A DNA stretch of 64,000 nt. It comes from Auanema rhodensis (Eukaryota; Animalia; Nematoda). This document shows positions 15,001-30,000 of the stretch, one piece after another. Location: NCBI GenBank assembly GCA_964057225.1, contig OZ059896.1, forward strand, positions 5,394,001 to 5,458,000, given 5' to 3'. Within the stretch, counting starts at the first letter, position 1, and every line of letters starts with the position of its first letter. The translations under genes and the position numbers were made by a program. The notes below the pieces were generated by a model that was not told the DNA's origin, ran no database searches, and saw nothing but the letters and a program-made list of their open reading frames with translations.

Positions 15001-18000
15001 TTTTTCGAAAAAATTTTTGTCAAAATGTTTTTGGAAGCAATTTTGAGTGTACATGGAAACTCAACATACACTATTGCATCATTTTTCAAACGATCATAAC
15101 TAATTTTTGTATTAAGCTTTTCTTAATGTAGTATAGTGCATTCGATGCGGATTTTTAAGCTGCGTCGATCTGTACTATCAGATTTGCGCTAGCTTGAAAA
15201 TGCACCGAGATATGAACTGATATAAGTTCACACTTATATCCTCGATTTTCACCCTGAAGAATTAATTTTTTCGTTGAATTACATTGTCCATCGTTTTTGC
15301 CTTGAAAAAAGGAATCTAAAAACATCTACTTTTCGCTATATTATTTTGAAATTTTTCGAAAAAATTTTTGTCAAAATGTTTTTGGAAGCAATTTTGAGTG
15401 TACATGGAAACTCAACATACACTAATGCATCATTTTTCAAACGATCATAACTAATTTTTGTATTAAGCGTTTCTCAATGTAGTATAGTGCATTCGATGCG
15501 GATTTTTAAGCTGCGTCGATCTGTACTATCAGATTTGCGCTAGCTTGAAAATGCACCGAGATATCAACTGATATAAGTTCACACCTATATCCTCGATTTT
15601 CACCCTGAAGAATTAATTTTTTCGTTGAATAACATTGTCCATCGTTTTTGCCTTGAAAAAAGGAATCTAAAAACATCTACTTTTCGCTAAATTATTTTGA
15701 AATTTTTCGAAAAAATTTTTGTCAAAATGTTTTTGGAAGCAATTTTGAGTGTACATGGAAACTCAACATACACTAATGCATCATTTTTCAAACGATCATA
15801 ACTTATTTTTGTATTAAGCGTTTCTCAATGTAGTATAGTGCATTCGATGCGGATTTTTAAGCTGCGTCGATCTGTACTATCAGATTTGCGCTAGCTTGAA
15901 AATGCACCGAGATATGAACTGATATAAGTTCACACTTATATCCTCGATTTTCACCCTGAAGAATTAATTTTTTCGTTGAATAACATTGTCCATCGTTTTT
16001 GCCTTGAAAAAAGGAATCTAAAAACATCTACTTTTCGCTAAATTATTTTGAAATTTTTCGAAAAAATTTTTGTCAAAATGTTTTTGGAAGCAATTTTGAG
16101 TGTACATGGAAACTCAACATACACTATTGCATCATTTTTCAAACGATCATAACTAATTTTTGTATTAAGCTTTTCTTAATGTAGTATAGTGCATTTGATG
16201 CGGATTTTTAAGCTGCGTCGATCTGTACTATCAGATTTGCGCTAGCTTGAAAATGCACCGAGATATGAACTGATATAAGTTCACACTTATATCCTCGATT
16301 TTCACCCTGAAGAATTAATTTTTTCGTTGAATAACATTGTCCATCGTTTTTGCCTCAAAAAAAGGAATCTAAAAACATCTACTTTTCGCTAAATTATTTT
16401 GAAATTTTTCGAAAAAATTTTTGTCAAAATGTTTTTGGAAGCAATTTTGAGTGTACATGGAAACTCAACATACACTAATGCATCATTTTTCAAACGATCA
16501 TAACTTATTTTTGTATTAAGCGTTTCTCAATGTAGTATAGTGCATTCGATGCGGATTTTTAAGCTGCGTCGATCTGTACTATCAGATTTGCGCTAGCTTG
16601 AAAATGCACCGAGATATGAACTGATATAAGTTCACACTTATATCCTCGATTTTCACCCTGAAGAATTAATTTTTTCGTTGAATTACATTGTCCATCGTTT
16701 TTGCCTTGAAAAAAGGAATCTAAAAACATCTACTTTTCGCTAAATTATCTTGAAATTTTTCGAAAAAATTTTTGTCAAAATGTTTTTGGAAGCAATTTTG
16801 AGTGTACATGGAAACTCAACATACACTAATGCATCATTTTTCAAACGATCATAACTTATTTTTGTATTAAGCGTTTCTCAATGTAGTATAGTGCATTCGA
16901 TGCGGATTTTTAAGCTGCGTCGATCTGTACTATCAGATTTGCGCTAGCTTGAAAATGCACCGAGATATGAACTGATATAAGTTCACACTTATATCCTCGA
17001 TTTTCACCCTGAAGAATTAATTTTTTCGTTGAATTACATTGTCCATCGTTTTTGCCTTGAAAAAAGGAATCTAAAAACATCTACTTTTCGCTAAATTATT
17101 TTGAAATTTTTCGAAAAAATTTTTGTCAAAATGTTTTTGGAAGCAATTTTGAGTGTACATGGAAACTCAACATACACTATTGCATCATTTTTCAAACGAT
17201 CATAACTAATTTTTGTATTAAGCTTTTCTTAATGTAGTATAGTGCATTTGATGCGGATTTTTAAGCTGCGTCGATCTGTACTATCAGATTTGCGCTAGCT
17301 TGAAAATGCACCGAGATATGAACTGATATAAGTTCACACTTATATCCTCGATTTTCACCCTGAAGAATTAATTTTTTCGTTGAATTACATTGTCCATCGT
17401 TTTTGCCTTGAAAAAAGGAATCTAAAAACATCTACTTTTCGCTAAATTATTTTGAAATTTTTCGAAAAAATTTTTGTCAAAATGTTTTTGGAAGCAATTT
17501 TGAGTGTACATGGAAACTCAACATACACTAATGCATCATTTTTCAAACGATCATAACTTATTTTTGTATTAAGCGTTTCTCAATGTAGTATAGTGCATTC
17601 GATGCGGATTTTTAAGCTGCGTCGATCTGTACTATCAGATTTGCGCTAGCTTGAAAATGCACCGAGATGTGAACTGATATAAGTTCACACTTATATCCTC
17701 GATTTTCACCCTGAAGAATTAATTTTTTCGTTGAATTACATTGTCCATCGTTTTTGCCTTGAAAAAAGGAATCTAAAAACATCTACTTTTCGCTAAATTA
17801 TTTTGAAATTTTTCGAAAAAATTTTTGTCAAAATGTTTTTGGAAGCAATTTTGAGTGTACATGGAAACTCAACATACACTAATGCATCATTTTTCAAACG
17901 ATCATAACTAATTTTTGTATTAAGCGTTTCTCAATGTAGTATAGTGCATTCGATGCGGATTTTTAAGCTGCGTCGATCTGTACTATCAGATTTGCGCTAG

Positions 18001-21000
18001 CTTGAAAATGCACCGAGATATCAACTGATATAAGTTCACACCTATATCCTCGATTTTCACCCTGAAGAATTAATTTTTTCGTTGAATAACATTGTCCATC
18101 GTTTTTGCCTTGAAAAAAGGAATCTAAAAACATCTACTTTTTGCTAAATTATTTTGAAATTTTTCGAAAAAATTTTTGTCAAAATGTTTTTGGAAGCAAT
18201 TTTGAGTGTACATGGAAACTCAACATACACTAATGCATCATTTTTCAAACGATCATAACTTATTTTTGTATTAAGCGTTTCTCAATGTAGTATAGTGCAT
18301 TCGATGCGGATTTTTAAGCTGCGTCGATCTGTACTATCAGATTTGCGCTAGCTTGAAAATGCACCGAGATATGAACTGATATAAGTTCACACTTATATCC
18401 TCGATTTTCACCCTGAAGAATTAATTTTTTCGTTGAATTACATTGTCCATCGTTTTTGCCTTGAAAAAAGGAATCTAAAAACATCTACTTTTCGCTATAT
18501 TATTTTGAAATTTTTCGAAAAAATTTTTGTCAAAATGTTTTTGGAAGCAATTTTGAGTGTACATGGAAACTCAACATACACTAATGCATCATTTTTCAAA
18601 CGATCATAACTAATTTTTGTATTAAGCGTTTCTCAATGTAGTATAGTGCATTCGATGCGGATTTTTAAGCTGCGTCGATCTGTAATATCAGATTTGCGCT
18701 AGCTGGAAAATGCACCGAGATATCAACTGATATAAGTTCACACCTATATCCTCGATTTTCACCCTGAAGAATTAATTTTTTCGTTGAATAACATTGTCCA
18801 TCGTTTTTGCCTTGAAAAAAGGAATCTAAAAACATCTACTTTTTGCTAAATTATTTTGAAATTTTTCGAAAAAATTTTTGTCAAAATGTTTTTGGAAGCA
18901 ATTTTGAGTGTACATGGAAACTCAACATACACTAATGCATCATTTTTCAAACGATCATAACTTATTTTTGTATTAAGCGTTTCTCAATGTAGTATAGTGC
19001 ATTCGATGCGGATTTTTAAGCTGCGTCGATCTGTACTATCAGATTTGCGCTAGCTTGAAAATGCACCGAGATATGAACTGATATAAGTTCACACTTATAT
19101 CCTCGATTTTCACCCTGAAGAATTAATTTTTTCGTTGAATAACATTGTCCATCGTTTTTGCCTTGAAAAAAGGAATCTAAAAACATCTACTTTTCGCTAA
19201 ATTATTTTGAAATTTTTCGAAAAAATTTTTGTCAAAATGTTTTTGGAAGCAATTTTGAGTGTACATGGAAACTCAACATACACTATTGCATCATTTTTCA
19301 AACGATCATAACTAATTTTTGTATTAAGCTTTTCTTAATGTAGTATAGTGCATTTGATGCGGATTTTTAAGCTGCGTCGATCTGTACTATCAGATTTGCG
19401 CTAGCTTGAAAATGCACCGAGATATGAACTGATATAAGTTCACACTTATATCCTCGATTTTCACCCTGAAGAATTAATTTTTTCGTTGAATAACATTGTC
19501 CATCGTTTTTGCCTCAAAAAAAGGAATCTAAAAACATCTACTTTTCGCTAAATTATTTTGAAATTTTTCGAAAAAATTTTTGTCAAAATGTTTTTGGAAG
19601 CAATTTTGAGTGTACATGGAAACTCAACATACACTAATGCATCATTTTTCAAACGATCATAACTTATTTTTGTATTAAGCGTTTCTCAATGTAGTATAGT
19701 GCATTCGATGCGGATTTTTAAGCTGCGTCGATCTGTACTATCAGATTTGCGCTAGCTTGAAAATGCACCGAGATATGAACTGATATAAGTTCACACTTAT
19801 ATCCTCGATTTTCACCCTGAAGAATTAATTTTTTCGTTGAATTACATTGTCCATCGTTTTTGCCTTGAAAAAAGGAATCTAAAAACATCTACTTTTCGCT
19901 AAATTATCTTGAAATTTTTCGAAAAAATTTTTGTCAAAATGTTTTTGGAAGCAATTTTGAGTGTACATGGAAACTCAACATACACTATTGCATCATTTTT
20001 CAAACGATCATAACTAATTTTTGTATTAAGCTTTTCTTAATGTAGTATAGTGCATTTGATGCGGATTTTTAAGCTGCGTCGATCTGTACTATCAGATTTG
20101 CGCTAGCTTGAAAATGCACCGAGATATGAACTGATATAAGTTCACACTTATATCCTCGATTTTCACCCTGAAGAATTAATTTTTTCGTTGAATAACATTG
20201 TCCATCGTTTTTGCCTCAAAAAAAGGAATCTAAAAACATCTACTTTTCGCTAAATTATTTTGAAATTTTTCGAAAAAATTTTTGTCAAAATGTTTTTGGA
20301 AGCAATTTTGAGTGTACATGGAAACTCAACATACACTATTGCATCATTTTTCAAACGATCATAACTAATTTTTGTATTAAGCTTTTCTTAATGTAGTATA
20401 GTGCATTCGATGCGGATTTTTAAGCTGCGTCGATCTGTACTATCAGATTTGCGCTAGCTTGAAAATGCACCGAGATATCAACTGATATAAGTTCACACCT
20501 ATATCCTCGATTTTCACCCTGAAGAATTAATTTTTTCGTTGAATAACATTGTCCATCGTTTTTGCCTTGAAAAAAGGAATCTAAAAACATCTACTTTTTG
20601 CTAAATTATTTTGAAATTTTTCGAAAAAATTTTTGTCAAAATGTTTTTGGAAGCAATTTTGAGTGTACATGGAAACTCAACATACACTAATGCATCATTT
20701 TTCAAACGATCATAACTTATTTTTGTATTAAGCGTTTCTCAATGTAGTATAGTGCATTCGATGCGGATTTTTAAGCTGCGTCGATCTGTACTATCAGATT
20801 TGCGCTAGCTTGAAAATGCACCGAGATATGAACTGATATAAGTTCACACTTATATCCTCGATTTTCACCCTGAAGAATTAATTTTTTCGTTGAATTACAT
20901 TGTCCATCGTTTTTGCCTTGAAAAAAGGAATCTAAAAACATCTACTTTTCGCTATATTATTTTGAAATTTTTCGAAAAAATTTTTGTCAAAATGTTTTTG

Positions 21001-24000
21001 GAAGCAATTTTGAGTGTACATGGAAACTCAACATACACTAATGCATCATTTTTCAAACGATCATAACTTATTTTTGTATTAAGCGTTTCTCAATGTAGTA
21101 TAGTGCATTCGATGCGGATTTTTAAGCTGCGTCGATCTGTACTATCAGATTTGCGCTAGCTTGAAAATGCACCGAGATATCAACTGATATAAGTTCACAC
21201 TTATATCCTCGATTTTCACCCTGAAGAATTAATTTTTTCGTTGAATAACATTGTCCATCGTTTTTGCCTTGAAAAAAGGAATCTAAAAACATCTACTTTT
21301 CGCTAAATTATTTTGAAATTTTTCGAAAAAATTTTTGTCAAAATGTTTTTGGAAGCAATTTTGAGTGTACATGGAAACTCAACATACACTATTGCATCAT
21401 TTTTCAAACGATCATAACTAATTTTTGTATTAAGCTTTTCTTAATGTAGTATAGTGCATTTGATGCGGATTTTTAAGCTGCGTCGATCTGTACTATCAGA
21501 TTTGCGCTAGCTTGAAAATGCACCGAGATATGAACTGATATAAGTTCACACTTATATCCTCGATTTTCACCCTGAAGAATTAATTTTTTCGTTGAATAAC
21601 ATTGTCCATCGTTTTTGCCTCAAAAAAAGGAATCTAAAAACATCTACTTTTCGCTAAATTATTTTGAAATTTTTCGAAAAAATTTTTGTCAAAATGTTTT
21701 TGGAAGCAATTTTGAGTGTACATGGAAACTCAACATACACTAATGCATCATTTTTCAAACGATCATAACTTATTTTTGTATTAAGCGTTTCTCAATGTAG
21801 TATAGTGCATTCGATGCGGATTTTTAAGCTGCGTCGATCTGTACTATCAGATTTGCGCTAGCTTGAAAATGCACCGAGATATCAACTGATATAAGTTCAC
21901 ACTTATATCCTCGATTTTCACCCTGAAGAATTAATTTTTTCGTTGAATAACATTGTCCATCGTTTTTGCCTCAAAAAAAGGAATCTAAAAACATCTACTT
22001 TTCGCTAAATTATTTTGAAATTTTTCGAAAAAATTTTTGTCAAAATGTTTTTGGAAGCAATTTTGAGTGTACATGGAAACTCAACATACACTATTGCATC
22101 ATTTTTCAAACGATCATAACTAATTTTTGTATTAAGCTTTTCTTAATGTAGTATAGTGTATTTGATGCGGATTTTTAAGCTGCGTCGATCTGTACTATCA
22201 GATTTGCGCTAGCTTGAAAATGCACCGAGATATGAACTGATATAAGTTCACACTTATATCCTCGATTTTCACCCTGAAGAATTAATTTTTTCGTTGAATT
22301 ACATTGTCCATCGTTTTTGCCTTGAAAAAAGGAATCTAAAAACATCTACTTTTCGCTAAATTATCTTGAAATTTTTCGAAAAAATTTTTGTCAAAATGTT
22401 TTTGGAAGCAATTTTGAGTGTACATGGAAACTCAACATACACTAATGCATCATTTTTCAAACGATCATAACTTATTTTTGTATTAAGCGTTTCTCAATGT
22501 AGTATAGTGCATTCGATGCGGATTTTTAAGCTGCGTCGATCTGTACTATCAGATTTGCGCTAGCTTGAAAATGCACCGAGATATGAACTGATATAAGTTC
22601 ACACTTATATCCTCGATTTTCACCCTGAAGAATTAATTTTTTCGTTGAATTACATTGTCCATCGTTTTTGCCTTGAAAAAAGGAATCTAAAAACATCTAC
22701 TTTTCGCTAAATTATCTTGAAATTTTTCGAAAAAATTTTTGTCAAAATGTTTTTGGAAGCAATTTTGAGTGTACATGGAAACTCAACATACACTATTGCA
22801 TCATTTTTCAAACGATCATAACTAATTTTTGTATTAAGCTTTTCTTAATGTAGTATAGTGCATTTGATGCGGATTTTTAAGCTGCGTCGATCTGTACTAT
22901 CAGATTTGCGCTAGCTTGAAAATGCACCGAGATATGAACTGATATAAGTTCACACTTATATCCTCGATTTTCACCCTGAAGAATTAATTTTTTCGTTGAA
23001 TAACATTGTCCATCGTTTTTGCCTCAAAAAAAGGAATCTAAAAACATCTACTTTTCGCTAAATTATTTTGAAATTTTTCGAAAAAATTTTTGTCAAAATG
23101 TTTTTGGAAGCAATTTTGAGTGTACATGGAAACTCAACATACACTATTGCATCATTTTTCAAACGATCATAACTAATTTTTGTATTAAGCTTTTCTTAAT
23201 GTAGTATAGTGCATTCGATGCGGATTTTTAAGCTGCGTCGATCTGTACTATCAGATTTGCGCTAGCTTGAAAATGCACCGAGATATCAACTGATATAAGT
23301 TCACACCTATATCCTCGATTTTCACCCTGAAGAATTAATTTTTTCGTTGAATACCATTGTCCATCGTTTTTGCCTTGAAAAAAGGAATCTAAAAACATCT
23401 ACTTTTTGCTAAATTATTTTGAAATTTTTCGAAAAAATTTTTGTCAAAATGTTTTTGGAAGCAATTTTGAGTGTACATGGAAACTCAACATACACTAATG
23501 CATCATTTTTCAAACGATCATAACTTATTTTTGTATTAAGCGTTTCTCAATGTAGTATAGTGCATTCGATGCGGATTTTTAAGCTGCGTCGATCTGTACT
23601 ATCAGATTTGCGCTAGCTTGAAAATGCACCGAGATATGAACTGATATAAGTTCACACTTATATCCTCGATTTTCACCCTGAAGAATTAATTTTTTCGTTG
23701 AATTACATTGTCCATCGTTTTTGCCTTGAAAAAAGGAATCTAAAAACATCTACTTTTCGCTATATTATTTTGAAATTTTTCGAAAAAATTTTTGTCAAAA
23801 TGTTTTTGGAAGCAATTTTGAGTGTACATGGAAACTCAACATACACTAATGCATCATTTTTCAAACGATCATAACTTATTTTTGTATTAAGCGTTTCTCA
23901 ATGTAGTATAGTGCATTCGATGCGGATTTTTAAGCTGCGTCGATCTGTACTATCAGATTTGCGCTAGCTTGAAAATGCACCGAGATATCAACTGATATAA

Positions 24001-27000
24001 GTTCACACTTATATCCTCGATTTTCACCCTGAAGAATTAATTTTTTCGTTGAATAACATTGTCCATCGTTTTTGCCTCAAAAAAAGGAATCTAAAAACAT
24101 CTACTTTTCGCTAAATTATTTTGAAATTTTTCGAAAAAATTTTTGTCAAAATGTTTTTGGAAGCAATTTTGAGTGTACATGGAAACTCAACATACACTAT
24201 TGCATCATTTTTCAAACGATCATAACTAATTTTTGTATTAAGCTTTTCTTAATGTAGTATAGTGCATTCGATGCGGATTTTTAAGCTGCGTCGATCTGTA
24301 CTATCAGATTTGCGCTAGCTTGAAAATGCACCGAGATATGAACTGATATAAGTTCACACTTATATCCTCGATTTTCACCCTGAAGAATTAATTTTTTCGT
24401 TGAATTACATTGTCCATCGTTTTTGCCTTGAAAAAAGGAATCTAAAAACATCTACTTTTCGCTAAGTTATTTTGAAATTTTTCGAAAAAATTTTTGTCAA
24501 AATGTTTTTGGAAGCAATTTTGAGTGTACATGGAAACTCAACATACACTAATGCATCATTTTTCAAACGATCATAACTTATTTTTGTATTAAGCGTTTCT
24601 CAATGTAGTATAGTGCATTCGATGCGGATTTTTAAGCTGCGTCGATCTGTACTATCAGATTTGCGCTAGCTTGAAAATGCACCGAGATATGAACTGATAT
24701 AAGTTCACACTTATATCCTCGATTTTCACCCTGAAGAATTAATTTTTTCGTTGAATTACATTGTCCATCGTTTTTGCCTTGAAAAAAGGAATCTAAAAAC
24801 ATCTACTTTTTGCTAAATTATTTTGAAATTTTTCGAAAAAATTTTTGTCAAAATGTTTTTGGAAGCAATTTTGAGTGTACATGGAAACTCAACATACACT
24901 AATGCATCATTTTTCAAACGATCATAACTTATTTTTGTATTAAGCGTTTCTCAATGTAGTATAGTGCATTCGATGCGGATTTTTAAGCTGCGTCGATCTG
25001 TACTATCAGATTTGCGCTAGCTTGAAAATGCACCGAGATATCAACTGATATAAGTTCACACTTATATCCTCGATTTTCACCCTGAAGAATTAATTTTTTC
25101 GTTGAATAACATTGTCCATCGTTTTTGCCTCGAAAAAAGGAATCTAAAAACATCTACTTTTCGCTAAATTATTTTGAAATTTTTCGAAAAAATTTTTGTC
25201 AAAATGTTTTTGGAAGCAATTTTGAGTGTACATGGAAACTCAACATACACTAATGCATCATTTTTCAAACGATCATAACTTATTTTTGTATTAAGCGTTT
25301 CTCAATGTAGTATAGTGCATTCGATGCGGATTTTTAAGCTGCGTCGATCTGTACTATCAGATTTGCGCTAGCTTGAAAATGCACCGAGATATCAACTGAT
25401 ATAAGTTCACACTTATATCCTCGATTTTCACCCTGAAGAATTAATTTTTTCGTTGAATAACATTGTCCATCGTTTTTGCCTCAAAAAAAGGAATCTAAAA
25501 ACATCTACTTTTCGCTAAATTATTTTGAAATTTTTCGAAAAAATTTTTGTCAAAATGTTTTTGGAAGCAATTTTGAGTGTACATGGAAACTCAACATACA
25601 CTAATGCATCATTTTTCAAACGATCATAACTTATTTTTGTATTAAGCGTTTCTCAATGTAGTATAGTGCATTCGATGCGGATTTTTAAGCTGCGTCGATC
25701 TGTACTATCAGATTTGCGCTAGCTTGAAAATGCACCGAGATATCAACTGATATAAGTTCACACTTATATCCTCGATTTTCACCCTGAAGAATTGATTTTT
25801 TCGTTGAATTACATTGTCCATCGTTTTTGCCTTGAAAAAAGGAATCTAAAAACATCTACTTTTCGCTAAATTATTTTGAAATTTTTCGAAAAAATTTTTG
25901 TCAAAATGTTTTTGGAAGCAATTTTGAGTGTACATGGAAACTCAACATACACTAATGCATCATTTTTCAAACGATCATAACTATTTTTTGTATTAAGCGT
26001 TTCTCAATGTAGTATAGTGCATTCGATGCGGATTTTTAAGCTGCGTCGATCTGTACTATCAGATTTGCGCTAGCTTGAAAATGCACCGAGATATCAACTG
26101 ATATAAGTTCACACTTATATCCTCGATTTTCACCCTGAAGAATTAATTTTTTCGTTGAATAACATTGTCCATCGTTTTTGCCTTGAAAAAAGGAATCTAA
26201 AAACATCTACTTTTCGCTAAATTATTTTGAAATTTTTCGAAAAAATTTTTGTCAAAATGTTTTTGGAAGCAATTTTGAGTGTACATGGAAACTCAACATA
26301 CACTAATGCATCATTTTCCAAACGATCATAACTAATTTTTGTATTAAGCTTTTCTTAATGTAGTATAGTGCATTCGATGCGGATTTTTAAGCTGCGTCGA
26401 TCTGTACTATCAGATTTGCGCTAGCTTGAAAATGCACCGAGATATGAACTGATATAAGTTCACACTTATATCCTCGATTTTCACCCTGAAGAATTGATTT
26501 TTTCGTTGAATTACATTGTCCATCGTTTTTGCCTTGAAAAAAGGAATCTAAAAACATCTACTTTTCGCTAAATTATTTTGAAATTTTTCGAAAAAATTTT
26601 TGTCAAAATGTTTTTGGAAGCAATTTTGAGTGTACATGGAAACTCAACATACACTAATGCATCATTTTTCAAACGATCATAACTATTTTTTGTATTAAGC
26701 GTTTCTCAATGTAGTATAGTGCATTCGATGCGGATTTTTAAGCTGCGTCGATCTGTACTATCAGATTTGCGCTAGCTTGAAAATGCACCGAGATATCAAC
26801 TGATATAAGTTCACACTTATATCCTCGATTTTCACCCTGAAGAATTAATTTTTTCGTTGAATAACATTGTCCATCGTTTTTGCCTCGAAAAAAGGAATCT
26901 AAAAACATCTACTTTTCGCTAAATTATTTTGAAATTTTTCGAAAAAATTTTTGTCAAAATGTTTTTGGAAGCAATTTTGAGTGTACATGGAAACTCAACA

Positions 27001-30000
27001 TACACTAATGCATCATTTTTCAAACGATCATAACTATTTTTTGTATTAAGCGTTTCTCAATGTAGTATAGTGCATTCGATGCGGATTTTTAAGCTGCGTC
27101 GATCTGTACTATCAGATTTGCGCTAGCTTGAAAATGCACCGAGATATCAACTGATATAAGTTCACACTTATATCCTCGATTTTCACCCTGAAGAATTAAT
27201 TTTTTCGTTGAATAACATTGTCCATCGTTTTTGCCTCGAAAAAAGGAATCTAAAAACATCTACTTTTCGCTAAATTATTTTGAAATTTTTCGAAAAAATT
27301 TTTGTCAAAATGTTTTTGGAAGCAATTTTGAGTGTACATGGAAACTCAACATACACTAATGCATCATTTTTCAAACGATCATAACTAATTTTTGTATTAA
27401 GCGTTTCTCAATGTAGTATAGTGCATTCGATGCGGATTTTTAAGCTGCGTCGATCTGTACTATCAGATTTGCGCTAGCTTGAAAATGCACCGAGATATGA
27501 ACTGATATAAGTTCACACTTATATCCTCGATTTTCACCCTGAAGAATTAATTTTTTCGTTGAATTACATTGTCCATCGTTTTTGCCTTGAAAAAAGGAAT
27601 CTAAAAACATCTACTTTTCGCTAAATTATTTTGAAATTTTTCGAAAAAATTTTTGTCAAAATGTTTTTGGAAGCAATTTTGAGTGTACATGGAAACTCAA
27701 CATACACTATTGCATCATTTTTCAAACGATCATAACTAATTTTTGTATTAAGCTTTTCTTAATGTAGTATAGTGCATTCGATGCGGATTTTTAAGCTGCG
27801 TCGATCTGTACTATCAGATTTGCGCTAGCTTGAAAATGCACCGAGATATCAACTGATATAAGTTCACACTTATATCCTCGATTTTCACCCTGAAGAATTA
27901 ATTTTTTCGTTGAATTACATTGTCCATCGTTTTTGCCTTGAAAAAAGGAATCTAAAAACATCTACTTTTCGCTATATTATTTTGAAATTTTTCGAAAAAA
28001 TTTTTGTCAAAATGTTTTTGGAAGCAATTTTGAGTGTACATGGAAACTCAACATACACTAGTGCATCATTTTTCAAACGATCATAACTTATTTTTATATT
28101 AAGCGTTTCTCAATGTAGTATAGTGCATTCGATGCGGATTTTTAAGCTGCGTCGATCTGTACTATCAGATTTGCGCTAGCTTGAAAATGCACCGAGATAT
28201 GAACTGATATAAGTTCACACTTATATCCTCGATTTTCACCCTGAAGAATTAATTTTTTCGTTGAATAACATTGTCCATCGTTTTTGCCTCGAAAAAAGGA
28301 ATCTAAAAACATCTACTTTTCGCTAAATTATTTTGAAATTTTTCGAAAAAATTTTTGTCAAAATGTTTTTGGAAGCAATTTTGAGTGTACATGGAAACTC
28401 AACATACACTATTGCATCATTTTTCAAACGATCATAACTAATTTTTGTATTAAGCTTTTCTTAATGTAGTATAGTGCATTCGATGCGGATTTTTAAGCTG
28501 CGTCGATCTGTACTATCAGATTTGCGCTAGCTTGAAAATGCACCGAGATATGAACTGATATAAGTTCACACTTATATCCTCGATTTTCACCCTGAAGAAT
28601 TAATTTTTTCGTTGAATTACATTGTCCATCGTTTTTGCCTTGAAAAAAGGAATCTAAAAACATCTACTTTTCGCTATATTATTTTGAAATTTTTCGAAAA
28701 AATTTTTGTCAAAATGTTTTTGGAAGCAATTTTGAGTGTACATGGAAACTCAACATACACTAGTGCATCATTTTTCAAACGATCATAACTTATTTTTATA
28801 TTAAGCGTTTCTCAATGTAGTATAGTGCATTCGATGCGGATTTTTAAGCTGCGTCGATCTGTACTATCAGATTTGCGCTAGCTTGAAAATGCACCGAGAT
28901 ATGAACTGATATAAGTTCACACTTATATCCTCGATTTTCACCCTGAAGAATTAATTTTTTCGTTGAATAACATTGTCCATCGTTTTTGCCTCGAAAAAAG
29001 GAATCTAAAAACATCTACTTTTCGCTAAATTATTTTGAAATTTTTCGAAAAAATTTTTGTCAAAATGTTTTTGGAAGCAATTTTGAGTGTACATGGAAAC
29101 TCAACATACACTATTGCATCATTTTTCAAACGATCATAACTAATTTTTGTATTAAGCTTTTCTTAATGTAGTATAGTGCATTCGATGCGGATTTTTAAGC
29201 TGCGTCGATCTGTACTATCAGATTTGCGCTAGCTTGAAAATGCACCGAGATATGAACTGATATAAGTTCACACTTATATCCTCGATTTTCACCCTGAAGA
29301 ATTAATTTTTTCGTTGAATTACATTGTCCATCGTTTTTGCCTTGAAAAAAGGAATCTAAAAACATCTACTTTTCGCTAAATTATTTTGAAATTTTTCGAA
29401 AAAATTTTTGTCAAAATGTTTTTGGAAGCAATTTTGAGTGTACATGGAAACTCAACATACACTAATGCATCATTTTTCAAACGATCATAACTAATTTTTG
29501 TATTGAGCGTTTCTCAATGTAGTATAGTGCATTCGATGCGGATTTTTAAGCTGCGTCGATCTGTACTATCAGATTTGCGCTAGCTTGAAAATGCACCGAG
29601 ATATCAACTGATATAAGTTCACACTTATATCCTCGATTTTCACCCTGAAGAATTAATTTTTTCGTTGAATAACATTGTCCATCGTTTTTGCCTTGGAAAA
29701 AGGAATCTAAAAACATCTACTTTTTGCTAAATTATTTTGAAATTTTTCGAAAAAATTTTTGTCAAAATGTTTTTGGAAGCAATTTTGAGTGTACATGGAA
29801 ACTCAACATACACTAATGCATCATTTTTCAAACGATCATAACTAATTTTTGTATTAAGCGTTTCTTAATGTAGTATAGTGCATTCGATGCGGATTTTTAA
29901 GCTGCGTCGATCTGTACTATCAGATTTGCGCTAGCTTGAAAATGCACCGAGATATGAACTGATATAAGTTCACACTTATATCCTCGATTTTCACCCTGAA